Source of the DNA: Octopus sinensis | Lineage: Eukaryota | NCBI RefSeq assembly: GCF_006345805.1 | Contig: NC_043001.1 | Location: 70,990,001-71,054,000, forward strand | Reading direction: 5' to 3' | Length of the DNA stretch: 64,000 nt | Part shown: positions 27,464 through 39,870 of the stretch, piece by piece | How positions within the stretch are numbered: the stretch's first letter is position 1 | How the letters are laid out: each line of letters starts with the position of its first letter | Notes under the pieces: generated by a model | Seen by the model: the letters and a program-made list of their open reading frames with translations, nothing else | What the model was told of the DNA's origin: nothing | Database searches by the model: none | Program-made: the position numbers and the translations under genes

Positions 27464-29202
27464 ATATATAATATATATATATATATACACATAAATGCAT
27501 ATATGGATATATATATATCCATGCACACATACACATATGCTTATGTACAAAAATATTTACAAGTATGCTAGCTGATGCAATGAAATAAGTATAAGTCTGT
27601 GTGAGGAAACTTCCAATTATTTTTAGTGCCTATAAAATCCTTCCTAATCTGATTAATCGTCTATAATAACCACGGGTCATTTACGGCTTAATTGATTGTC
27701 TATCAATTCACATTTGATTTCCAAGTTGATTGATAGCTTATGAAAACGTGTTACATTGAAACAAGTGTGTAATAATACGATTAAGAACCGAATCATTTAC
27801 AGTGAGAAAATTTAACCATTCACAGTAATTTAATCTCCAATTTCTACAATATGAATAATGTCATTCAATGGATATCTTGCAGCATTGGACAAGAGAAATA
27901 ACAAAAGAAGCTGCTCTTGAATGATTCTGTATTCGAAAAGGTTACATTAAATAATGCAGTGCAACAAAAGATGGGTTAGCCACGGCTGGAATATTTATGG
28001 GATAAATAAATCTGCCACTCAAAAACTTACCTAAGGATGAAAAAGCAACAAAAGATATGAGAATGAAAACTTTTTCTTCAATACATTCAATATACTAATA
28101 TTAACATGCGTATTAATTTTTGCTGTCTCTGTTTGGCGAAAGAAATCGAATGTTTATCAGAATACATATTGTTTACAAGGAAAACTCATATATTAACTTC
28201 GAAGTTGTGGAAAATTCGACTCCATTAGTCTGTGATATACTTTCTTTTTTGTAATTTTATTCAAACCTGTTAATAAAAAGCTGTTTTTATATGCATATCA
28301 ATACACATCTAAATAATCTAGACACATTTAGGTAAATGCACATGGATGAATCATTTTGCATATGTATGGGCATCTCTAATGAGATATAATTACGTAAAAA
28401 ATATAAAGATATTGAAATCTGCGTAACTTCACACGTACCAATTTCATTTGTTTAATGTTCAAATACTTAAACACCACTCTGAGTTAGTCTCTCCCTGCAT
28501 GCGCAAAATATTCAAAAATCTAAGATATTTCAAACCTGTCTCGAACGGAAACTCATGAGAATGTCCCTCCTCTCTAACTATACGCTACCATAAATTATTC
28601 TAACTCCAAACAATATAGCTTTATAGTCAACAAATTCGAATACTATTGCCTAAAATTCCTACAATCCTTATGTTCTGCCTAAAGATTTACAGGTATACAT
28701 ACCATCTTAAAGACATGATTACTAGGAACTTTATATAGATATTTGCATATGCCCTTTATCAGTCAATACTTCAACAACCTAACAAAACATGCACACATAG
28801 TTCCTCTCATACTTTTAAGTTTGGGATACACACCCATTCCCACGAAATCTGATAATACATGCTTATCCAGATATATGTAGACATATAAGAGGTTTCGTCT
28901 TCCTTCGCAGGTTAATGTCCATAATTCCAAAGAAATTTCGCTTGGTGAATGTTCTATTATTTACTCAATGTACATATTATTTGCTCAATGTACATATCTA
29001 TATATATATGTACATATGTGCGAGTATACGTATATATGTATATGTACAGGTATACATACACACATATATACACCCAGACATAAATTTCAATATACATACA
29101 GACACACACACATACTTCTATATGTATATATGAATACATGAATGCATGTATGTACATAGGTATGTACAAATATATGTATGCACGTTTGCGTGTTAGTATG
29201 TG

Positions 29203-29250
<48 letters not shown>

Positions 29251-31188
29251 AGTGTGTATATGTACATGTGCAAAATAAATACCGAAAATCAAAGATAACT
29301 CAATGTAGGAAAAACACCAAAACTTTGAGAAACTATAAGCAAATATTCAATATTAACTAGCATTATATATCAAAGTCAAAATAAATATATACACAACATA
29401 GAATTGTGGAATGTATATTATATTTCAGGGTTTAGTGTTCTGTTTCAAAAATGCCCAAAAATTTAAAATTTTAGAACCTAATTTATGTCATAACATGCCG
29501 TAAATACGGTGACAATAAAATTGTTCACAGTGAAATGTCAGAAGTAAAACTGGATGACGGTTCGTCGAAAAGATTTACATTCATGTGCGGAAAGCAGAAA
29601 AGACAGCCAAAATTCTGATTCTCCCCATTACAGAAAAGCACGGAAATTTTAACTGAACTCAAACAATTGGAAAAGGCGTTTTTTTTCCTTTTGAAAAAGG
29701 TAAAGTAGATGTTAACGGTATATATATACATACATACATAACAAAAGTTATAAAGGATTCATAATCCCAGGCATATAACTAAAAATACAGCGTTAAGGGA
29801 ACTTCGTTTATTAAACCAAACAATTACCTACCAATAAATTCAAATAGAATTAATATCCAGGGTAACATTTCATGTGTGACAAGTAGATCCGAGATCGCTT
29901 GGAAGAATTTCAAGAAATTCGTAGTAACTGATATCATGAACAGGAGCGACGAAAAGCACTTCTTTAATTTATGATTACACCTTACATAACTGACAACCGT
30001 TTAAGTTGTGCCAACGTATTTATGCAACACAATGGTGTCAAGGTAACCCAAACTGGGCTAAATTCAAATTGAACCGAGATAATATCGCTAATACAGGAAC
30101 GCATACGAAAAGAACGTTAAGAAGAAATATAACATTCTACGGAGTGCTAGTTTAGAACTTAAACGTATGATGGTGTCAGTAAACAACGAAAGAATTCAAA
30201 ACAAGTATAGAAATTCTACTTCACGTCATTTAGTTACCTTGTTATTAATATATACTAAAATTATTTGCTGTAGATAAATATCGTATTTAAAATTCCCAGT
30301 ATTGTACGATGGAGCGTAACTAATAATGTATCACTTCATATTGTAGTTAACGTCCCTGTTTTTCAAATCCCAAATGTATTTACTAAGGTTCGTTGAATTA
30401 AATTTTCTTCTAAACTTAAATGAAGAACAATTGGTTATGTATTGTAGATTCTCAATTTGTTGCAGAGAAAGCTGTCATAATGAATGCGATCTTCAGCAAT
30501 TATTTTATATTAATACATTATATTCTTCCCTAAACATCGATTTTCTAAGGGACATATAATTTTGCTTTTAAAATTATAAATTCACTGGTTTGTAGTGTTC
30601 ATGGTTAAAGGACGTAGTACTTATCTTACTCTCAGAATTAGGTGTTAAACCAGGATAATTAAAAGTATTATAATCAATATTATTACTAAGTGCTATTTTA
30701 GAGGTACTATCAATTGCATAATTGGAATTACTGTCACCTAAAGTATGTATATAGGTATGCTATTTGTAGACGCATATGCATGTATAATACCAATATTTTG
30801 AAAACGCATTTGTCCTGCTTTTTATATATACAAAGTAAATATAGTTATGTCCCTTGTTATCTACCGATTTCATAGCAGTTTGCATTACAAATAGCATAGT
30901 ACTTCCTTTACTATTATAATGGAGCCATTTTATTCAAATCTAACAGCTAGGGCATTACACATAATCATTACACTGCCTGTCTAACATTAGAAGGGATATG
31001 GGTATGTAACAGTGTATTTTGCAAGATGTAATAAGACATTTGGAAATAATTTAATTGTAGTATATTTTGGAACGTTTTAATTATTGAAATATTTAAAAGT
31101 AATTGTGTTATTATTATTTTTCCTATATCTCTTTACATGCATAAAATGCTTGTAACTTTTCCTCTCTCTCTCTCCTCCCCCTCCCTTT

Positions 31189-31224
<36 letters not shown>

Positions 31225-32699
31225 TCTTTCCTTTTACTTTATTTCAGACTCTTTCCTTTATGTGTATACGTGTTTGCGTGGATATATGTCTGTTTTTTTT
31301 TATTCTTTCTGAAATAAATTTGTTGCTTTATATTCTTTGTTAATTTTCCTGCATTTTGTTTGTCTTGGCCGTAAATCTAATTGTCTCACAATTTCTTTGT
31401 TCTGTTCACAGACTAAAATATTTGACGTAACTAATTTTTCTTAAACTTTCATATACTTTTGCCCCGCTTAGTTGCCTCTAACGCTTTTGCATAATCTTTT
31501 CTCCCTTACATTATTCCTTTGTAGTATTTGTTACAAATTTCTCAGAATCATAGAAATGTTATCCATTGAAAGTTATAAAATAGTTATATAACAGTTTCAT
31601 TTCTTTACACAATTCTTTACATTTTTATTGAACTCTAAAATGTATATAGTGTTGCAGGGTTTGGGCAGTAGAGAGCAGACAATGCATAGTTTTGCGTGTC
31701 TGCTTCTCCATATTCACAGATAGTTGGGCCGATCTCGTAGTCCCATCTGACCAAAGCAACATTTAATCGCTACGTTCTCCTTCTCAGATTGGTGGGTATG
31801 TTTTATTAAATCTATGGTACTTCTAGATTAGAAGGGGGATCTACATCAGAAAAGATTCCTAGGTCAATTATTTTCAATCTAGAACTGTAATCTGGTTTCT
31901 TATTGGTATGTTTCTCTGATATCAATGTACATTTCTTACTGAATATGGTAGTACACTTCTTATTGAATGATATCTCAAATGCATCGTAATACAGAAGTAA
32001 CTAAATAGTGTCACACTTTACAGTATATTCAATATTAAATGCTGTCGCTACAATATATCATCTGTTCTTAATGAAGTAATGAGTTATCAATGTAATTTTT
32101 ATTTTCAACATGAAAATTAGCCTAAATAAATTTGATATCTTAACCCGATTCACGTGGTTGATTATAACTTTAGTTAGGTTACATATATATTATAACTTTA
32201 GTTAGGTTAGTCGCAAATATAAATAAATGTAAATAAAACAATTGTTTTCGGTCATTCAATTACAGTGTTTACATTGAGTTCCAAATGCAGCGGCAAGAGA
32301 TAAAATAGTCATATTTTAACTGCCAAACCCTTTCCTTATAAATTCGAAATTAATAAATAACCAATTCATACAGGGATATTTAGTGATGTTTCCAAATAAG
32401 CAATTTGTTTATTACTATTGATCTTGTTATTCAGTTAAGTAGGAGCTGTAGAAGAGATGGATCAAATACATACTATAATCTAATCTGTAACCATCTAATT
32501 TTTGGGTAGCAAAACTAATGTAACCACCTCTGTATTGTCCAAAATAATATTCTTGAAATGAAATAGTAATGTGGCTTCCATAAGGTATTGTCGTCATTTT
32601 AGCCGAGACAAATGACCATATAGAGCAAATCTTATTTAGCTCTTTTGCTATTAATTATGAAAATAATGACGAGTTTGATAAAATAACTCATCTTTACGC

Positions 32700-33120
32700 T
32701 GCTATTTTGAATAAACATTAATTTTCACCGAATTTCACAGGAAGTTGGTATCATAGAATTAGGAGCTGCATTTGGTGGGTTGGTATGAAAGGGTGTGTTG
32801 GGCTGTGGGAGTAGCGAAGATACTGAAAACAGGTGTGGCCATTTCTGTAAGTCAACAACAAGCTTATACATGATGAAATTAGGAGAGTAGGCAGTGGTTT
32901 TAGTGGTTGATATCTCGGTAAACATTGTGGTGCCTGGTTTGTCTTCAGAAAATACGCGTATGCTAGACTATGTCTACCTGTCTGATAATCTGAATATTTA
33001 ACCAGTTGATTCAGTGTCCTTCGGCAAACTGACAAGAGCTTTTTGTGCAAATAGAACCCGCGAGACATTGACGGCATTTTCAATGATATTGAAGTTAATT
33101 CAATCTGCAGCTGAAGTTAT
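32700..33120 (-). pseudogene. Possible decayed Neptune-like PLE endonuclease fragment
   Basis: Weak similarity only (SLAYAYFLK..., TTAYS..., C-terminal Cys). Confidence 0.3.
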
Positions 33121-33422
33121 AAGCAAACATTCCTCATACAAACTCACACGCACATGTACACATACACACACACACAGAGGAATATATGTACACAATTCAT
33201 ACATGCGCAGATGCACGGATACAAGCACACACAAAAGCACTAACACAGATGCGTATTTAGACACGCACAGCTATACATTTTCAATATAAACACAACAGCA
33301 TAGATAGGCATATACAAATACTTCCATACAAAGACACACATTATAGACATGTGTGTAAATAAGCTATTAATGTCTTTTTTTATTTATTTTCATTAATAAA
33401 AATATAACTTCAGTATACATAC

Positions 33423-33523
<101 letters not shown>

Positions 33524-34078
33524 TATATATATATATTGCTGTGTATTTGTTCCTTACTTTTAAATACAATTATCTGATGAAAACCAAGAATTTAATTTAA
33601 ATCTTTCTGCATCTTAGGAAATCTCCTTCTGTCTGTGTACGTGGTTGGTGTTGAAAGTGTTTTTATTTATTTTTTTCTTAGAAATACGTTTCGATTTTGA
33701 TGTTGCAAGTATTATCTAAATAATAACACATTAAAACTTGTGTATAGTTTAAAACATCAGTGCCTGTGTTGTTATTGAACTCACCATCAGACATAACTTC
33801 AAACAAATATTTGTGTAGAAATCCGTTATCGATCTATCATCAATAGCTTAGTAATTGAATAATTGAAAATATCAATAATGAATATATGCAGTGATATTAA
33901 TTATTTAAATCGTAGAAAATAATAAATTCCTGACCAGAGGAATATAATTTTTTTTTCCATTTCAGATATTTTCCTCGTCATTTTGAGAAAGTGTTTGAGA
34001 ACGTCTTAGTGGATGATGGAGGAAAAAAGAATGTTATTCATCTGGGGCATGATATTAAGCTATGTATATATATACATA

Positions 34079-34114
<36 letters not shown>

Positions 34115-34175
34115 CATATGTATATATATACATATATATATACATATATATATATATACATATGTATATATATAT

Positions 34176-34261
<86 letters not shown>

Positions 34262-34699
34262 ATGGTGGGATGGTATGTGTGTGAGCGTGCGTGTGTGTGT
34301 GTCTGTCTGCCTATCTGTCTGTTCTGATCTGATTTTCTATTGTCTGATGAAGGAGCTGCTTTCTAACGAAGAAAAAAAGCTCCATCGTTGGAATGTAGAC
34401 AAAAACTTCTCTCGTTTAAATCTTGAGAAAAGTCATGCCTTATTTTTGTTGTTCCACTTACAGATTGCTTTTGTACTGTGCAGATTAGCTGGTTGATTTC
34501 TTTTTCTGAAAACCTCAGGTTATTCAGACTGTCACTTAGACATTTACTCACAAATACTTGGACATAGATTATTATTAGTATAAATGTGAATTTGTAGTCT
34601 GGGTACAGAAGCAGCTGTTTAGAGATAGCTTGTTCTTTAATTTTCAAAGAGGAATCAACACCAGGAGCACACCCGGTCTATATGATAGTCTATACTTTT

Positions 34700-35340
34700 T
34701 CTTGCGTGTGACAACCAAGAATATCCTCCTGTTACGTTTACACTTGAAAGAAGTTTTGATGGGAATGTTCCACTACTCTTCCTAATATTGATTTCAAATA
34801 TATATTCAGCAACAAGGGGCCTCTCTATATCAATTCTAGGATAGTGTATGTTTTTCTAAGGAAAATGTATATTGTTTTAGTGACTACGTCGTATCGCATA
34901 GGAACGTAGTATCTCGGTAATATTCTTGGTCATCAGCTAATCAACTAAGGTGTGATGTTTACATAAAAATATGATATTAACTATATTTTCAGTGGCATCT
35001 TGCGGATCACTGTCTCTTTTGTTTACTAGGTATTTCGTAGCAATCTCCTGTCTCAGTTTACAGATGCATAACATTCCAAATATATGTCGCAAGTTCTGAC
35101 TTCTTCAAATTTACATGAAATTTACCCATGCACTCTTTTTTCAGTATGCTGAGGATTTCATATCCCGTTCACTTTTCAGGTAAGTTAACACCACTGTTTG
35201 AGGCTTGTACAGAAGGCCATCAGGATGTAAGTTGTCGCTGTCTTCGCTTCTCATCACTACTTTTATTTACTTATTTATGTATTTTGCTGCTGTTACTTAG
35301 CAAGAAATATCTGAGCGAGACTATACTACATTCGAACACT
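34700..35340 (+). pseudogene. Possible decayed PLE RT/endonuclease fragment
   Basis: PPVTFTLERSFDGNVPLLFLIL resembles PLE P.I.FT.E.E....LPFLD. Confidence 0.35.
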
Positions 35341-35419
35341 ATCTTCACTCACGTCAAGCCTGTATTTCTTTCATCTCCTCTTAGAGAGCCTGTCGATATC
35401 AGTTTTTGTGGCCGTTTTC

Positions 35420-36610
35420 AGTTCATGTAAGGATATCATGGGTTCTAATATCTATGGAGAAGCTTTCCTCTTCAGCGCAGTCAAGTATCCAAAATGTTGG
35501 AATCAACACTGTTACTACAAATGTATTGTGGGATATTGTTTTGTAGTGAAAGGAGAGTTCTGACTGCCATAATTTTGTAAGTCCGATATAATATCCACAG
35601 CACCTTCAATTAATGATATGTTTTCATCAGTACCTAAGAATATGTAGCAGGATTTGTATGCAACAGAAGATATAGAAAGAGAGACAATCGCTGCATAGGT
35701 TTTGGGGCATGAGGAACTGTTTTTACATGTTCAACAATCAAATACGAAATTCTTTTTTGATCAAATTCCATTCCTATTTGAGCTGAAAATGATAACTCCT
35801 GCTGTTTATTGGCATTGTTAACATTTTCAGCAGAAAACATCACGTCATCCACAAAGAAATAATGAGTTACATTATTATGTCTAGCGGTTTCAGACGCTAG
35901 CATATAACCATTTGATGTTTGAAACAGTAATGATGATGCATTTAGTGCTAAAATGAACAGAATTACAGAAATACTATCCCCTTGGCATATTACCATTAAA
36001 GTATTTGAAAATTGGAGACGATCGTACCCTTCCAAATTGTACGTGTGAGAATTATTACCCCGGTCCTTTTGAGCTTCTCAATGGCAGCAATAGCAAGACA
36101 GGCAGGTGTGCCAAATGTAGACACTTCAGCAGCTATGAGCGCGGAATAGACTCGTGTGTTGCAAGACCTCTACGGTATTTTTCAATCAGATAGTACAATC
36201 TTTTTTTATCAAAATTTGGTCGGCATATCCCCACACTCACACCAGCTCATCAGTTACTCCTGACGTTAGACTCACCATGATCCTGCAGAAATTGATTGAG
36301 GTAACCTTTGTATAGTTTATATATAATATCTTAGAAAGCAATGGGCCATAGATTTTTGCCTACTCAGTAATTTCGTTTTTCGCCACAAGATTTACCCGTG
36401 ATTCTAGCAAGCCAATTTGGTATGTCAATCTGATATTCCATATTCCTTTTGAATGTACACATTAATTGTTGTCTGTAGAATGCCAGCTTCTTGTACCAAT
36501 ATCCCACTAGGTCTCTTCCAGGTAGCTTACTATCATGCTGTTTGCCTGCAGCTATAGTGTATATTCCCGGATCAATTGTATATATTTCATTTTGTAAATA
36601 GAGTATTCTC
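35420..36610 (-). pseudogene. R2/R4-type LINE reverse transcriptase remnant
   Basis: KLPGRDLVGYWYKKL; ICQGDSISVILFILALN...THYFFVDDV. Confidence 0.78.
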
Positions 36611-37149
36611 ACTTAACCGTATTTAACCACTACACATTAACACTCACACTTCTACTGAGGTAGGTGATTTCTTGACATTAATACTTTCCTTCTTTCACTG
36701 CTTTGTATAGTGCCTGCGGGTTGGAAGCTAGCTTGCTGTTTATACTGGCGCGTTGAGAGATTCTCCTACAGTACCAGAGATTTTCGCTCAGCGTGTTCAG
36801 TTAAAACCTTAGTGCCATTAGCTTTTTCATAAAAGGTTGGTGATATTTATACACAAACACACGGACACATAAACAAACACCCATACATAGATATAAACAT
36901 TATATTATACTATATCTATATATGCATGTTTGTATGCATGTATGCATGTATGTATGTGTGTGTGTGTGTTTATATTTATATATAGTCACATATCTGCCTC
37001 CTTAATGTGTACACGTTGTTCACAAGTCAATTACTGCAATATTCGTCCAGAGATAGCATTTTACTACAGTCAAAAGCAGAAACAAACTTGATTAAAACAT
37101 TCACTGCTGTTGCAAATAAAAATCTGGTATACGGAAATGCAATATGATT

Positions 37150-37800
37150 AAATTCGAATATTGTCGTATTTTGTTGTATCATTTTATTTATCTTTTTTTT
37201 TTTACCAAATAAACACATGCACTACATTTTCTTCTTCACTCGTTTATTATTGTTATTTTATTATTTTAACGTCTGTCCATTGTCCAGAATCTTTCTTCAT
37301 ACATCTGGGACTTCTTTAGCGACACTTTTCGCTCCCGTGTGTTCTTGGTCCACTTACTCCATTCTGGTCTTCTAAGATGTGTATCCTTAAGCGCGCATAC
37401 GTTTGTGTCCTTGCTTTTTGTATGTAAGAGTGTGGGAGTGAATGTGTGTGTGTGTAATAGATTTTAGCAGCAGTGTGGCCTTTCTCTCAGCCCCTAACCT
37501 CTCACCTCATTCAGCTGCTGCTCTCCTAAGACTCGAGAAAGAAAAAAGAAATGTACGGTCCCTGTACTCCTCTGTGTATGTGTCTTCGCCCACGGTATTG
37601 CCATCGTGGTAGTTATTATTACCATCGTCGGCATTGCTGGTCTTTTTTCTTCAATACTTGGTTCAATTTTGCAAGCCATCTTCTGCAAGTTCTTTCATTC
37701 ACGCATTCTTTCCCATAAACTCAGTATATGTTTCGAGTTACTTCGGCTGCAGGATTTCCTTTTTTGTACTCATAAATCATTATGTGACTTAAATGCTCTT
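37150..37800 (-). pseudogene. Mariner remnant(s); related subterminal segment also at ~42270-42410
   Basis: NERTCRRWLAK helix-turn-helix motif; cttcactcgtttatt...tacatctgggac segment similar to 42280-42410. Confidence 0.5.
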
Positions 37801-38075
37801 TGGATACTCCTATGTTAGAAAGTGTTTTAATCAAAGTAATTTTAAATATTTTATCCTGTAAAATAATATTTAATTAGTTAAAATGTACACAAATGCATGA
37901 GAATAATTTTTAATTACATTAGACAATACTATTAAATTTCATTCAACTTTAAAAAGGTAAAATCGGACAGAACTTACGGAATGACCTGATAGATTGTTTT
38001 TTTTATTCCGGAGTGATATGCTGAAACCACGAAGGTGCTTAAACATTGATTTATCAACGCTATTTAAGTTCTACA

Positions 38076-38120
<45 letters not shown>

Positions 38121-38253
38121 TATATATATTGTATAGAGGGCATTATTACACATAAATGCCTCACACTAGGAGGGACAAAGTCATTACTACCAAAATTATA
38201 CTAATCATACCCAAATGCAGTTTTTCAAAGCAAGACATTTAAAAAATGAATTT

Positions 38254-38311
38254 AGTTCTGTATCACCGTGATTTCACATTCAACTTACGTCTAATGATCC
38301 TCAGCAGAACT
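38254..38311 (-). ncRNA. Minimal type I hammerhead ribozyme, copy 1
   Basis: Reverse complement reads AGUUCUG-CUGAGGA-U-CAUUAGAC-GUAA-GUUGAAUG-U-GAAA-UCACGGUGA-UA-CAGAACU. Confidence 0.8.
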
Positions 38312-38733
38312 GATTCTGAACACATCATAAATAAACTACCAACCTTACGTAGCGAAGACGAACAGACAACTGCTCACTCCGGCCAAGCACATGGAATGTT
38401 TATAAATCATATATCCGGTAAATGGCGGGCTTTTTACGAACTGCATGTCGGGTAATGAAAAGTATTTCGGATTAAGTTTAACAATTAAGGATAATCTCTT
38501 AATAAGGGATCTTAACAAGAAATTATCGTGTAGCTAGCGTGAAAACCTCATAAAAGAAAAGAATTCGAAAATAATTTTTTTCTTTTGAACAAATTAATTA
38601 TATCTATATTGTATAGAGGGCATTATTACACATAAATGCCTCACACTAGGAGGGACAAAGTCATTACTACCAAAATTATACTAATCATACCCAAATGCAG
38701 TTTTTCAAAGCAAGACATTTAAAAAATGAATTT

Positions 38734-38791
38734 AGTTCTGTATCACCGTGATTTCACATTCAACTTACGTCTAATGATCCTCAGCAGAACT
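38734..38791 (-). ncRNA. Minimal type I hammerhead ribozyme, copy 2
   Basis: Identical to copy 1, 480 bp downstream. Confidence 0.8.
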
Positions 38792-39375
38792 GATTCTGAA
38801 CACATCATAAATAAACTACCAACCTTACGTAGCGAAGACGAACAGACAACTGCTCACTCCGGCCAAGCACATGGAATGTTTATAAATCATATATCCGGTA
38901 AATGGCGGGCTTTTTACGAACTGCATGTCGGGTAATGAAAAGTATTTCGGAATAAGTTTAACAATTAAGGATAATCTCTTAATAAGGGATCTTAACAAGA
39001 AATTATCGGGTATTGGTAGTAATGACTTTGTCCCTCCTAGTGTGAGGCATTTATGTGTAATAATGCCATCTATACAATATAGATATAATTAATTTGTTCA
39101 AAAGAAAAAAAATTATTTTCGAATTCTTTTCTTTTATGAGGTTTTCACGCTAGCTACCCGATAATTTCTTGTTAAGATCCCTTATTAAGAGATTATCCTT
39201 AATTGTTAAACTTATTCCGAAATACTTTTCATTACCCGACATGCAGTTCGTAAAAAGCCCGCCATTTACCGGATATATGATTTATAAACATTCCATGTGC
39301 TTGGCCGGAGTGAGCAGTTGTCTGTTCGTCTTCGCTACGTAAGGTTGGTAGTTTATTTATGATGTGTTCAGAATC

Positions 39376-39433
39376 AGTTCTGCTGAGGATCATTAGACGT
39401 AAGTTGAATGTGAAATCACGGTGATACAGAACT
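39376..39433 (+). ncRNA. Minimal type I hammerhead ribozyme, copy 3 (predicted cleavage after 39426)
   Basis: Stem I 39376-82/39427-33; CTGAGGA 39383-89; stem II 39391-39410 with GTAA tetraloop; GAAA 39412-15; stem III ATCAC-G-GTGAT 39415-25; H17=A 39426. Confidence 0.8.
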
Positions 39434-39703
39434 AAATTCATTTTTTAAATGTCTTGCTTTGAAAAACTGCATTTGGGTATGATTAGTATAATTTTGGTAG
39501 TAATGACTTTGTCCCTCCTAGTGTGAGGCATTTATGTGTAATAATGCCCTCTATACAATATAGATATAATTAATTTGTTCAAAAGAAAAAAAATTATTTT
39601 CGAATTCTTTTCTTTTATGAGGTTTTCACGCTAGCTACCCGATAATTTCTTGTTAAGATCCCTTATTAAGAGATTATCCTTAATTGTTAAACTTATATAT
39701 ATA

Positions 39704-39764
<61 letters not shown>

Positions 39765-39767
<3 letters not shown>

Positions 39768-39870
39768 ATATGTTTCAGTCCTGTGACAGCCACCATGCTG
39801 GAGCACCGTTTTGAGATCCCTTTAGTAAAACACATCGACAGTAGGACCTTTTTAATGCTACTGTAAGGGA
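39765..39870 (-). mobile_element. SINE 3' fragment
   Basis: ccatgctggagcacc segment is the inverse of the 22050-22070 tail. Confidence 0.55.

Larger units (their letters stand above)
38125..39695. mobile_element. Hammerhead-containing 480/481-bp tandem and inverted array (retrozyme / PLE-pLTR-like), embedded in (AT)n
   Basis: Forward arm 38125-39012 (period 480: gtatagaggg at 38131 and 38611); inverted arm 39013-39695 (period 481); copies differ at only a few positions; (AT)n at both outer ends. Confidence 0.9.

Noticed and set aside
29531-29698. Candidate exon bounded by cag| and |gtaaag
   Set aside because: Stop codons in all three frames and no homology recognised.
34340-34405. CTGATGA followed by ggagct/agctcc stem
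   Set aside because: No GAAA core after stem II and no valid UH triplet.
38246-39441. Three identical 69-aa ORFs (MNLVLYHRDFTFNLR...)
   Set aside because: They are antisense to the hammerhead, have no recognisable domain, and are repeated only because the unit is repeated. No coding evidence.
38125-39695. CRISPR array, NUMT or rRNA interpretation of the 480-bp repeat
   Set aside because: No short repeat/unique spacer structure, and no recognisable rRNA, tRNA or mitochondrial ORF motif.
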